A stretch of DNA of 63,978 nucleotides, counting the filler, from Corallochytrium limacisporum Hawaii (taxonomy: Eukaryota > Protista > Pluriformea), in NCBI GenBank assembly GCA_002811645.1. It is 5 parts of 5 records of this genome, joined end to end, with 100 filler letters (N's around TTAATTAATTAA, not from the genome) between each part and the next. Parts side by side here need not be neighbours in the genome. Positions count along the whole stretch, not along the records: positions 12,500 to 44,287 come from PDIP01000086.1; 4 more parts are not named here. One strand, given 5' to 3'. The position numbers and the translations under genes are program-made. Of this stretch, positions 12,500 through 23,700 are shown piece by piece. Numbering within the stretch: position 1 is the first letter of the stretch; each line of letters begins with the position of its first letter. The notes under the pieces are model-generated. The model was given only the letters and a program-made list of their open reading frames with translations, was not told the DNA's origin and searched no databases.

Positions 12500-13091
12500 A
12501 AAGAAGCCGATTTTATAAGATTCAAACGAAGCTTTCAAACCATAATGTAAATTATGCACTTTTTTATTGAACAGAGGTTGGTACATTTTGTATCACAGTC
12601 TCCCCTCCCCTTTCAGTATTTTAGGGTGACAGAGAATTATATTGCCAATAGGACAGATGTGATATGTCCATCCCCCGTGTTGAAGTTGAGCGGGAACTGA
12701 TTCATAGGCTGTTTGGATTAGGTCTGGTCCACCCTTCCCCCTCCTCTTGTTTGCAGTCTCGTTCGGCTCCTTCCTAAAAATAGGCCGGCCTCTGCAGGGG
12801 CCTCTATAAGGGGCGGCTGAATTTTGTATGTCTCCGGGGAGCAAAGAATAGAACAGTGTCAACGGTTTCCATATACTCATTGTCTGCTTTCCCGCTGGCA
12901 AGGGCCGCCAACGTATTCATTGACGAACAAGACTACTGTTGCAGTACTTGGTTAGGTGCGTGTAACAGCAGTTGAACCAATGGAGGTCTAAGATGGTGCG
13001 TGAGCGCCCGCTTGGTCTTCTCTATTGTGTGCTGACAGGGCTTGAGGGATTGCGCATCGGCAGCAGTTGAGACGCTGCTCATACAGTCATT

Positions 13092-13946
13092 ATGAGTACT
13101 CTAGAAAAACACGCGACACCACTGCACATGGCCAAGCTACGTTGTCAGGCCTACCATGAGGAACCATTGGTAATTGGCGATGGGATGCGAGGAGAGGCTG
13201 CCATTCTTATCACAATACGGGAACGTGAAGAGGATAGTGAGCTAATGACAGTAATCACCCGACGTTGTTCAAACATGCGATCCCACGCTGGTGAATGCGC
13301 ATTGCCTGGTGGTAAGCGTGATCCAGGAGACAAGAGCATTGAAGAGACAGCCCTGCGAGAAGCCTGGGAAGAGATTGGACTGGACCCCGGTACAGTAGAA
13401 GTATGGACCAAACTGCACCCGATGATTTCGAAGGAACGGCTGGTCGTGACTCCGATCGTGGCGCAGATTCCCTCAGACTTTGAACCGAATATAAACGAGG
13501 ATGAAGTCGAGAGCGCCTTTGAGACACCCCTACGCGAATTCTTAAATCCTAACCGCCACAGCGTGAGGCAGTCAATGTGGCACGGCAGATCCGTCGGGAT
13601 CCATTTCTTTGAATTCCACATGCCGAACGACAAATATGTCGTTTGGGGCCTCACAGCATCCGTATTGATGGAGGCTGCGTCAGTAGCCTTTGACTATAGG
13701 CCTCCATTTATAAGAGATGCTCAGCTGGCCCGAGAGCACATGAGGAAAGTAGCGGCCTCTCACACGGCTCAATTGGATGCTCGGGCCCTTGCCAATGATC
13801 CCGCCGTAGGCACCAGAGGCAAAGAAGTGACCCAAGTTCCTAAGAATCGACAATGGAAAGGACGCAGGCAACACCAAGAAGGTGATACTCAAGACGACAA
13901 GGTACAAAGTCGCGCGCGGAGACACAAGCGAAGGGCAAAATTATAA
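13092..13946 (+). CDS. Peroxisomal CoA diphosphatase (NUDT7/Pcd1-like Nudix hydrolase)
   Basis: CoA-hydrolase motif TRR.SNMRSHAGECALPGG, Nudix box GGKRDPGDKSIEETALREAWEEIGL, VWGLTA, C-terminal PTS1 -AKL after basic residues. Confidence 0.92.
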   Translation: MSTLEKHATPLHMAKLRCQAYHEEPLVIGDGMRGEAAILITIREREEDSELMTVITRRCSNMRSHAGECALPGGKRDPGDKSIEETALREAWEEIGLDPGTVEVWTKLHPMISKERLVVTPIVAQIPSDFEPNINEDEVESAFETPLREFLNPNRHSVRQSMWHGRSVGIHFFEFHMPNDKYVVWGLTASVLMEAASVAFDYRPPFIRDAQLAREHMRKVAASHTAQLDARALANDPAVGTRGKEVTQVPKNRQWKGRRQHQEGDTQDDKVQSRARRHKRRAKL

Positions 13947-14015
13947 AATTCTATGGTCTTTTAACAGTTGTCCTGATGTATAGATTAATTCCTTGTTCAG
14001 GTGACCAGTTATCAG

Positions 14016-16301
14016 TTAGGTCTTGGCAAACTGATAATGGAACCGTGAGATAGGCAGACGGACGTGGACAATGGCTTGCTCCATGACTTTATACATTGCC
14101 ATGGACATTGGTGATGTTTCGCAAGTTTCCTGCATGCGCAGGCGATGGCCTGCCGCCGCCATCACCATGAAGGAAATATCGTCAGGGATCAGGTAATCCC
14201 GACCCTTCAGTACACAAAGACACTTTGCGAGCAAGAGAACGTCTTCACTGAATGATGGATTGATACCACGAGAGTACCCATTGATGCGACGCAAGGAACT
14301 CGTCACATCCCTCGCATACTGTGACACCATCAATGACGCATACACACAGCGAAAGCGTTCAAAGAATTCTCCACAGTCCTGCGTGGACAGGATTGGCTGA
14401 GGGGTACCACCCGGCTTCGTTCGCACCTCCATCGAGCGGTAGGTGTTTGCATGAACTTTCGCGGACGGCAGGAAACCATGTCGTCCACTGATTTGCATGC
14501 TAACCAGGATCTGTTCCATCAAGCAATCATATAAGGGCACAAAGTCATCCACTGTGACAATGATAAGCAGAAAATGATTCGGCACCCTGTAGATAGCATC
14601 CATGCGTGCTATGCGACGTTCCATTAGAATGCGATAGATCCAAAGCTGCAACGCTGATGGTGCGAGATCCATCTCAGTGACGACAAGGGCGTCAACGATG
14701 CCATCAGAAGTGGCAGGTAGGGCGGTTGGTTGGCCAGGCACAACAGCTCCACGGCCATGTCGACTGGTTCCTCCGAATGAAATAGGGGGTCGCGGATTGT
14801 GGCTACTACTGGCACTGGAGCTGGACATGAAAGAGGGGCGTATGGAAAGCTCCGGACTTGCTGTGTACAGTGTTTCCGACATGGCCGCAGAAGCTTTACT
14901 CGACCGCATGCTCAGCTGCTGCATTGGTGCACCGCTTGACTGACTCTTTATGCCAGTTGCAGCCCCAGGAGTTGAACTGCGCAGCTGCCGGTGATCGTCC
15001 TCGGCAGAGCCTGGCTTTGTACCTTCCTCAAAGCGAATGTTACGACGCGGCATATTCAGTGGTTGGGGCCTTGGTCCCCGGACCCCCGGTAGTGGTAATC
15101 TCTGAGAACCAATCGTATCCTTGTCAGCCTCCAGATCACCCTCTTCCTTTTCGGATAGGGCAGACGGTGCGACGAGATCAACACGGCTCCGACGGTGTGT
15201 CGCAGGCTGGCGAGCGTTCGCCAGATTGATGGATGGACTATTCAGAATGTCATCCGGAATGTCTGATATTGGCGAACCGCTGATTAAATCGAAATGGTCA
15301 CCATCTGCGCGTGGGAATGTCATGCCACGTTGTCGACCTCGTCTGGAGGGACCCGTACTCTCGGACTGATCCGACACAGTGTCCATTCCCCTCCTCTGCA
15401 TTTCCGAACCAATTTGTAGGGCAGGGCCTTGACTGGCCCCTGCGATGCCACCCTGGGCCGCGTCAACAATGTCGACCAGGCTGTTCATGCAGCCTTGGTT
15501 CCACATGCCAGCCTCCGTTTTCAACAGGTCCAGTTGTGACTCTTTCTTTCCAAGGCGCCGCCTGCAGGGCCCCAAACCTGAGCGTTGCGCGGTGGATTCT
15601 GCCATCTGTTCACGACTTGCTTCGACGAGCTCTGGTCGCACCAGCGGTGCAGGGGAAAAACTAGAACTGGGTGCAGTGGTTGCTACCGACGCTCTGATGA
15701 GCGGCGGCGGTTGCTCCATACTGACTGAACGACTGCCAAGGGTAGGAGTTAAACTGCGTCGATCTAGAGCATTCAGTCCCACAACGTTAGACTCACCCAG
15801 ACTGCTTCCTGTTTCTGCGCTTGGAGTAATTGGAACTTGTCCATCAGCACCTGCACTACGTCTCTGAAGATTCCCAGAACCCATAGTACCGTATTCTTCC
15901 CTAATGTCTCTGAATGCGTCATTGAATATTGCGTCCTGCACCATGTCAAAAGATGGTTCCTCACTACCACAATCTAGTCGTCCTACACGCCATCCAAAGA
16001 GACTAGCCAAGGCTTGACCGACTGCACTCGCCACAGAATCTGCTGAATCATCATCTTCTGCACAGAGTAACATTCCTCGAGCATACTGGCGATTTTGTTT
16101 CATTGAACGGGAATCTCGAGTTTGTTGTCCGTTGGCCATGCATGCCAGAGTGGCCAATAAGAAATTTTCACGGAGTCCTGTTACGCCAATGCACCGCACA
16201 ACTTCTTTACTACATGAGAGCAACCGCCTCTGCCACCACAGCTTATTATCATTAATTCCATTGGGTGTGCCGAACGTTGGGGTTTCCAGTTCCTCTACCA
16301 T
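14016..16301 (-). CDS. Degenerate MoxR/ChlI-like AAA+ domain protein with large low-complexity insertion
   Basis: Track ORF starts at TTG; first ATG is at 16301. C-terminal ALVVTEMDLAPSALQ...LMERRI...YRVPNHFLLI and lid-like RGINP...LAKCLCVLKGRDYLIPDDI...AGHRL resemble MoxR; no GKT Walker A. Confidence 0.7.
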   Translation of the reverse strand: MVEELETPTFGTPNGINDNKLWWQRRLLSCSKEVVRCIGVTGLRENFLLATLACMANGQQTRDSRSMKQNRQYARGMLLCAEDDDSADSVASAVGQALASLFGWRVGRLDCGSEEPSFDMVQDAIFNDAFRDIREEYGTMGSGNLQRRSAGADGQVPITPSAETGSSLGESNVVGLNALDRRSLTPTLGSRSVSMEQPPPLIRASVATTAPSSSFSPAPLVRPELVEASREQMAESTAQRSGLGPCRRRLGKKESQLDLLKTEAGMWNQGCMNSLVDIVDAAQGGIAGASQGPALQIGSEMQRRGMDTVSDQSESTGPSRRGRQRGMTFPRADGDHFDLISGSPISDIPDDILNSPSINLANARQPATHRRSRVDLVAPSALSEKEEGDLEADKDTIGSQRLPLPGVRGPRPQPLNMPRRNIRFEEGTKPGSAEDDHRQLRSSTPGAATGIKSQSSGAPMQQLSMRSSKASAAMSETLYTASPELSIRPSFMSSSSASSSHNPRPPISFGGTSRHGRGAVVPGQPTALPATSDGIVDALVVTEMDLAPSALQLWIYRILMERRIARMDAIYRVPNHFLLIIVTVDDFVPLYDCLMEQILVSMQISGRHGFLPSAKVHANTYRSMEVRTKPGGTPQPILSTQDCGEFFERFRCVYASLMVSQYARDVTSSLRRINGYSRGINPSFSEDVLLLAKCLCVLKGRDYLIPDDISFMVMAAAGHRLRMQETCETSPMSMAMYKVMEQAIVHVRLPISRFHYQFAKT

Positions 16302-16699
16302 TTTTGTCAAACTATTCTCGACAATTTCGCGTAAGACGCTCACATTGCTAGTCCGTTCACATGATTGCAATCTTTTTCTCGGTTAATCGGGTCCACGTCA
16401 TTTGCTCAGGAGTAACTGACAGTCGAAGCTGTTGATATCCATTCATATACCAGCTTAGTCATTTTCGCCCGCGTAACCCCGGGCAGAAGAAGAAAATGGT
16501 ATTGACCCGCACCATATCCAACATACCCACATCCACTTTCGTCTGTTCCCCAAAGGTTAGTTAAGCCTCACCAATAGTATCCCATATAACTGAATACCTA
16601 ACTTGCCCAAGATACACAGTAGTATATATATAAATTTTCTCTGGGCCCAGTGTAACCAGGGCATCTTCCCCTATAGTTCTTTCAGTACTGATGAACATT

Positions 16700-16834
16700 G
16701 TCCGGGTGGCTCAGTTGGCAGAGCGTGGGTCTCATAATCACTACATGCAGAGAACAGCTAGCTGTTTTCAAGAGCACACAATATTATATTTCCGAGCCAT
16801 CCCAAGGTCGCGGGTTCGAGCCCCGCCCCGGGCA
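16700..16834 (+). tRNA. Elongator tRNA-Met(CAU) with 62-nt intron (16737-16798)
   Basis: Acceptor GTCCGGG/CCCGGGC+A; D arm GCTCAGTTGGCAGAGC; anticodon arm TGGGT-CTCATA^A-TCCCA with U31:U39; T arm GCGGG-TTCGAGC-CCCGC; intron at the canonical 37/38 site. Confidence 0.93.
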
Positions 16835-16854
16835 AAGTTCGAATTGTTGGAACA

Positions 16855-16899
16855 TTTTTTGGTAAAGACTGTCCTTTTTTTTTTTCTTTTTTTTTTTTT
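16855..16899 (+). terminator. RNA polymerase III terminator (oligo-T runs)
   Basis: T6 run about 20 nt after the tRNA 3' end, followed by longer T tracts. Confidence 0.7.
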
Positions 16900-17180
16900 C
16901 GGGTTTGTTGGGTATCATCGCGGACCTTCTTTAGCGGACTTCGATGGTCATGTAGGGTAGCTATTTCCTGGCCTTGAATTGCGTACGTATCATTCAGGGC
17001 TATGCGGTCGGATAAATCTGGCCGTGCTGAGAGTACAAGAAACGTTTCTACTATAGAGAGTACGGATAGTGACAATAAAAGGTACTTAGAGCAGTACTAA
17101 TTTTTTGATTCGTCAGAAACGTATACTAATAAACCTCGTGTGGCATTGCAGCATTGCAAGATAGCTATTTGATACATCGT

Positions 17181-18008
17181 TTAGGCCATGTAGTCGTAGT
17201 ATAATGGCCCAACATCCTGCAGAGAAATGAACTCCCACCCATCTTCACCAACATGGTATATGCGAACGTATCCACCGGAGTAGGCATCACGATGGGTGGC
17301 ATGGAAGATACTGCGTCGTCCAAGTTCAATTGCATCGTCTTTTTGTAGCATAGTGTCATAGCCACTGTCGAGAACACCGTAGGCGAAAGTGGAACCGGAA
17401 CCTACAGAAAACAAATCGCCCCGCAGGCGGGCACCATCGCTATCGACATAGAACAGGCCCGGGCCTTTCTTGTCCCAACCAGTGACCATGGTTCCCATGC
17501 TCAGGCCCATACCCTTGTATCCATAGACCATGTTAGCAAGAACCTTGCTGGCAGCAGCAACAGAAATACGTTCCTTATTCATCAGTTCATGCAGACGACA
17601 CTGACGACCTAACTCACGTTCCCAAAACTGACAGTCAGCGGCACCACCAGCCATGGTACCCAGCAGATACGGGTTGATTTCAATCACTTTCTTCACCGTT
17701 TGGGAGGCAATGTAGGGACCAGCAGTGGCACGAGAGTCTACGGCCACAACAATACCTCCATCGTATTTGAACGCCAAAGTAGTAGTACCGTGCAAAAAAT
17801 TAATGGCAAAGTCCTTTTCTCCTTTGGCACGCTCCTGGGTGAGGTCAGTAATGTACTGCGCTGGGTCCCGCACATTGGCCAGCTCAAACTTTTCAAGCAC
17901 ATGTCCCTGCCAGTTTACTGCCACCCGGGTGTCCCGGTGACTGTTCATGGGCTCCTTGATGGCAGCATCAAGAGGCGCAAACAGCGCCTTCGGCTGTGTG
18001 GCATACAT
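17181..18008 (-). CDS. PSMB5: 20S proteasome subunit beta type-5
   Basis: Propeptide then HG|TTTLAF (catalytic Thr1), [35 protein letters not shown]. Track ORF starts at GTG; first ATG is at 18008. Confidence 0.96.
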   Translation of the reverse strand: MYATQPKALFAPLDAAIKEPMNSHRDTRVAVNWQGHVLEKFELANVRDPAQYITDLTQERAKGEKDFAINFLHGTTTLAFKYDGGIVVAVDSRATAGPYIASQTVKKVIEINPYLLGTMAGGAADCQFWERELGRQCRLHELMNKERISVAAASKVLANMVYGYKGMGLSMGTMVTGWDKKGPGLFYVDSDGARLRGDLFSVGSGSTFAYGVLDSGYDTMLQKDDAIELGRRSIFHATHRDAYSGGYVRIYHVGEDGWEFISLQDVGPLYYDYMA

Positions 18009-18922
18009 AATGCAAGTTTCCGCTGATGGTGAGGACAAAGGCGACAAGAGCGACAGAGTCAACACTGAACGCTTAGGGTACTACACAGGAACAATTGATT
18101 TAGGAGGATAAGCATTCTTGTATCTGAACATACACTAAGTTTTTAGTACATATCAGAGTGTTGGAGGTAACCACAGTGATGCGTACCGTGTCTCCAGTCC
18201 ATTTAATTGCTCCATCGAACTGGTCAATTGCAACGTTGCACCCCCCTTGTCTAGCCACTGACCCCTGGCCGCGCTCGGTCACGAACAATTGTCCCCCATT
18301 AGCTTGCGCGCCCAAAAAACAAAACACACATAGAGCGAATGAGCCGCCGTAACTGGAGAGAAAGGAGAAGCGCGATCGATATCTTGCCCTCTGCCATAGT
18401 CAAAGTACCGCGCAAGGCGTGTCCGCTACCGTTTCTCTTCGTTTCGGTGCCGCGTCACCTTTCGTGTGGAAGGGGGCTGGTCAGCCGTGTTACGAAGACC
18501 GCCTTGTTCCCCGTTGTAACGGCTGACCGATCAAAAAAGCCAAAACAATGCATTATGGTTGGGGTAGCGCGACCAACCCCTCTGGCATTGAATTCGGTTC
18601 CCCTTCCGGCACAGGGAATGCTTGTTATGCGCGGGTTGCGAATCGAATCCGCCGAGGGGCGAGTTGCATTGGTGGCAGAGAATGCCTGACGCACCCTTCT
18701 GACCGAGGATATTCTCTCTAGTTACAGCGTTGCTTGTATGTGCGTTGTCCACGTACTTCGGCCACGTAGAGGTGAAGCCATTGCTCATGAAAGAGTTTAG
18801 TCGAGGTCCTGCAAGCGAGCATGTATGCTACGGATATTGTGATATAGGAAGGCGCTTCTAGTGGAAGCAACAGGAAACGGGAATGCGTAAAATGGAACAG
18901 GCTTAGAGCTTGAAACGAAACC

Positions 18923-20644
18923 ATGAAAGCAAGTGTGATTCAGGCGGTACGAAATTATATTTCGACCATGGTCTCCCGACAGGAAGGAATGAAAGTCATT
19001 TTACTGGATCGTTGGACAACGCCTATAGTATCACTGGCATACTCACAGAGCGAAATCTTGCAAAAGAGCGTATATCTAGTAGACCTGATTGAAAACGACA
19101 GCCGCGAAAAGATTGGCGCACTGCGTGCCTTTGTTTTTATTCGCCCGGTTGAGAGCTCAATTAGGGCTCTGAGAGCAGAACTGAAGAACCCGCGGTATGA
19201 ACGGTACTATATCTTCTTCAGCAATACAGTAAAAGATTCTGTGCTGGGGCAGCTTGCCGATGCGGACGAGAGTGAAGTAGTCAGTGAAGTAGAGGAATTT
19301 TACGCCGACTTCCTGGCTGTTAATCCCAGCCTCTTTCATTTGGATACGCCGCACAGTTTTGGATCAGACCGACAGAGTTGGGAAGCTGGAGCCTTCGAGC
19401 GGTCAATGCAAGGCGTCTGCGCATCGTTGTTAGCACTGCGTAAGCGTCCAGTTATTCGGTACACATCCGGCTCAGGACCCGCTCATAGCCTTGCTCGGGC
19501 GGTACGGGAGACCATGGACCGAGAAGACCAATTGTTCAGCTTCCGAACTCCGGATGTGCCGCCGGTGTTGCTCATTTTGGATCGTCGGGACGACCCAGTC
19601 ACACCGCTGCTCAATCAATGGACATATCAGGCAATGATTCATGAATTACTGGGCATCAAAAACAATCGTGTAGATCTAAGTGGCCTCCCAGGCGTTAAGC
19701 CTGAAATGAAAGAAGTCGTTCTGAGCACAGAACAGGACGAGTTCTATGCTCGCAACTGGCACGGTAATTATGGTGAAGTAGCGTCTGCAATTAAGGACCT
19801 GGTCGATGAATTCCAGAAGCTCACGAAAAGTCATCAGAATATTAACAGTATCCAGGACATGAAAAGCTTCATTGAAAACTACCCTCAGTTCAAATCCAAG
19901 AGTGGTACAGTTAGTAAGCATGTGACGATTATGACAGAACTGGCCCGGTTGGTAGATCGATACGACCTGATGGAACTGAGCGAGGTAGAACAATCCCTGG
20001 CCTGCCAAAATGACCGCAGTGCTGCCATTGCCAATGTGCGGAACATGCTGAAGAGGGAGAAATTGAGTGCGAAGGATCGCATGCGTCTGATATTTTTGTA
20101 CGCTCTCCGGTTTGAGACTGATCGACAGCAGATTCAGCAGTTCATCGATCAACTCCCAAGTGCGCAGGAAGCTGAATTGTGCAGCAACATTCTGCGCCAG
20201 CTGCTGACATTTGCGGGCCAAAATCAGCGACAAAGTGATCTCTTCATGGATCGGAGTTTCTTGGCCATGACACGTAAAACGCTCAAGAATCTTAAGGGTG
20301 TAGAGAACATCTATACGCAGCACGAACCGTATTTTATTGAGCTGCTGAAGCAGCTCGCTCGAGGTAAGCTTCCTGAGAAGAACTATCCGTTTGAGGGAAA
20401 CAGTCTGCGGGATCGACCAAACAACATCATCGTGTTCATCGCCGGTGGTGCCACCTACGCAGAAGCCATGCACGTACATAAACTGAACGATGGCGGTTTG
20501 CCTGGGGTCAATATTATCCTGGGAGGGACCACCTTACACTCCACTGATACCTTTATCCAAGAAATGGCACAGACACAGTACTTGAACCGTGGACCCCCCG
20601 CAGGCGATACGCGCCGCGCTGGAAACGTTTTTGGACGAAAGTAA
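18923..20644 (+). CDS. VPS45: Sec1/Munc18-family protein VPS45
   Basis: GMKVILLD...SQSEILQKSVYL, LADADESEVV, LDRRDDPVTPLLNQWTYQAMIHELLGI, LKGVENIYTQH, GGATYAEA. Confidence 0.95.
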   Translation: MKASVIQAVRNYISTMVSRQEGMKVILLDRWTTPIVSLAYSQSEILQKSVYLVDLIENDSREKIGALRAFVFIRPVESSIRALRAELKNPRYERYYIFFSNTVKDSVLGQLADADESEVVSEVEEFYADFLAVNPSLFHLDTPHSFGSDRQSWEAGAFERSMQGVCASLLALRKRPVIRYTSGSGPAHSLARAVRETMDREDQLFSFRTPDVPPVLLILDRRDDPVTPLLNQWTYQAMIHELLGIKNNRVDLSGLPGVKPEMKEVVLSTEQDEFYARNWHGNYGEVASAIKDLVDEFQKLTKSHQNINSIQDMKSFIENYPQFKSKSGTVSKHVTIMTELARLVDRYDLMELSEVEQSLACQNDRSAAIANVRNMLKREKLSAKDRMRLIFLYALRFETDRQQIQQFIDQLPSAQEAELCSNILRQLLTFAGQNQRQSDLFMDRSFLAMTRKTLKNLKGVENIYTQHEPYFIELLKQLARGKLPEKNYPFEGNSLRDRPNNIIVFIAGGATYAEAMHVHKLNDGGLPGVNIILGGTTLHSTDTFIQEMAQTQYLNRGPPAGDTRRAGNVFGRK

Positions 20645-20785
20645 ACTTGCCTCAATGCAGATGCCCTTATGTACACGGCATGCTGTTGGTCTCACTACCT
20701 TCCCACATAGTTAGAAAGTGGTTTTGTATTAGAATGATAAATGTTTCAGTGTGAACAGTTTGCGATAGTTCCTCCAATGTTTGAC

Positions 20786-23700
20786 TCACCTACGGTGGCG
20801 TACCGCACGCAGTTTCTTGCGACCACTGCTCTGGGTCGTCGCTCCCCCGGCAGAGAATGTCATTTCTCCGCCTGGGGCTTCCGAACTGCCTCCGAAATTG
20901 AAACCCATTGATGCACTGGAAGCCGCTGCCCCGAAGTCAAAGGCAGGAGCTGGGGCTCCTGTACCTGCGGCGCTATTGCTTCCGAATGCAGACGTCGGTG
21001 TCGCGGAACCACCAAATGGCGGTGCAGCACCGCCGCCGCCGGCACTGAAGTTGAAGCCACTGCTGCTTTGAGGAGTGGCAACTGGCTTCGGAGGGGCAGT
21101 AGCGCCGCCAAACGCAGATGCCGTTGCGCCAGCACCACCAAAGCCACTTGCCAGGGGTGACGGCTTCAGTCCATCACCGGTTTCAGCACTACCGCTACCG
21201 AACAGCGGCTTGCTACTGCCTCCGTTGGCGACCATGGCACTGCCGGTGCCGAACCCACCACCACCGAAGCTGCTGTTCTTTGTGGAAACCGGTGCTGCGG
21301 GGGCACTAGCTCCAGCGCCAAATGTTAGACCAGGACCTGACTTTGACGACAAGGAAGTAGCACCATCACTGCCATTGGCCGGGCCACTGCCAAAGCCGCC
21401 ACCGTAGTCAGTCTTGTTGGACCCAAAGCCACCGCTCGTTGCGGGTTGGGGGGCATCCACGGATGAGATGGCAGGAGCTGCACCTCCAAAGAGAGGAGAC
21501 GGTTTTGGCGCCACATCGTCTGAATCTACCGTACTCACAGAATTGCTCTTCCCAAAGCCACCGAAAGCTGGAGGAGTCGCAGTCACTCCACGGCTGCCAA
21601 AGAGTTGTGCCTTTGGTGTGTCGTCTTTCGCCTTCACTTCCGGGATCGGAGCCCCAACAGACGTCGGTGCTTTCCCGAATGCCAGTGGAGTGTGCTTGGA
21701 GATCGTTGCCCGCTTTTCAGGAGGTTCCTCCGTAGTGGCCGGTTTGCTGCCATCGAAAGAGTAGCTTCCGCCGGCAGGAGCTGGTGAAGCTTCACGCTTT
21801 TCATCTTCTCTGTTGGCTGGCCGCTTGACGCCAAAACGGAAACCACCTGAACTGACAACTGGCTCTGGTGCCTTCTCTTCGGCACCAGCTGGAGCATTGG
21901 CAGCAACCCTGCTGCCATCGATAACAGATACAGTCTTAGGCATCCCAAAAGTGAAGCCTCCAGCCTTGCCGAAGGTTAGTGCAGGAGCTGTGCTAGCACT
22001 GCTGGTTGCAGACTTGGCACCCGGGTTGGGACTTTCGCAGGCAATGCACTTGTTCCTATCTCCGTCGTTAGACGTCATACAAGCATCACACTTCCATGTC
22101 CCTGGCTTAGCCTTGAATTTATCCAGAAGACTGCTGCCTACATGGGCATCAGGATCAGCAACAGTTTTCAAGGCTTCGGGTGACCGGCCCGGGGCTAGAG
22201 AGGTTCCAAAGGTGAACCCAGAGGACTGGTTGGAAACAGGCGGAGCAGGGGTGCTAGTGGCGAACTTTGTTCCGCTCTTGGATGTTTCACAGGCAATACA
22301 CTTGTCCCTGTCTGCATCGTTGGATGTCATGCAAGTATCACACTTCCAGGAACCTGCCTTTGCCCTGAACTTGTCCAGGAGACTACTCCCAGTTGGATGT
22401 GGTGCAGGGGTCCGCCCCGCAGGCACCTCCATTTTACCCTTCGCACCATCCACGCTGGGTTTGGGAGTCATGCAACTAACACATTTGCCATCTTCGGGTT
22501 TGTTCGTGACCATGCACGCCTGGCAGGACCAAGAACCACTCGGTGGTGTAAATTTAGCCAACGGGTTAGTTATGGAAGCCGATGGTTTGCTTTCAGTCAC
22601 AGGTTTCGACTCAACAGCAGTTCTAGGTCCAAACTTGAACGTTGTTGTCGATGTTGCAGAGCCAGGAAGAGAAATCGTTGCTGTTGATGATAACAGTGGT
22701 GCCTTATTGAGATCATAGACAGGCAGTGAGACATCATTGGTAATGAGGGTTGCATCCGTACCTTCTGCAGGGTTCATTACGGGGAAAAAGCCTGCCCCAG
22801 GAGCAGGCTCCTTCGAAAGTTCATGTGACACCTTCTGGGAAGATGTGAGTCCTGCACCCAAGGAGCCCGCTTCTTTTGGCGGTTCCAGCCGTTCCTCAGA
22901 AGGTTTGCTGAATGAGACGTCAGACATTGATTCCGTGCGCTTTGTCTTCGATTGACCATCCACGTTAGAAGCCCCTACACTCTTGCTCGCGGGGTGTGTG
23001 GGGAAGCTGAGAGCTCCTCCAGATGACATGGGCGACATAGTGTTCTCTTGCAGACTTGCCTGTGCATGCCGCGCCGAATTGAGCAGGGCCTTCTTGGCCA
23101 GATCATTTCCCTTCCCACCACCGCCCATGGCCATACCAAAAGAAGAGCTGCTTTTAGCTGCAGGAGACACAGGAACATTTGCAGGCTCTTTTCTTGGTTC
23201 GCTCTTGTTCTGCTGCATGGGGGTAGAGATGTACGGGGCGGACTTTTTCAGATTCTGAAGCTGCTGGTCTTCCTCAGAACTTGCTTTCTTCGCCGGCGGA
23301 CGAGAGTATATAGGCTGCACACGGTACCTACTACGACGCATCCGCTCTCTTTGGGCCTGTCGTACGCTCTGTACCTGAGCATCAATTCGCTGCGTCAATG
23401 GCAGCAGTGATGCAGCCCCTGGTGACCTACCTACGGCAAGTGATGCTGCAGGCCCAGCAGACCTTCCTGGTGTGCCACCCAATGGCACCCGTCCAGGCGT
23501 GTAAGAGAGACCTATGTTTGACCGACTAGAGGTGGTCGATAAAGCGTTTACAGCAGCAAACCCGGTTTCGGAGGGTGACGTACTGATCAGACTCATCAGA
23601 CGTTGTGCTTTCTCGGTTAGTTGCGGACGCGGTTCATTGAATGTCGTAGCGTGACGTTTCGATGGACTAGCTAACTGTTGGTCATCCTCTTCAACAGCAC

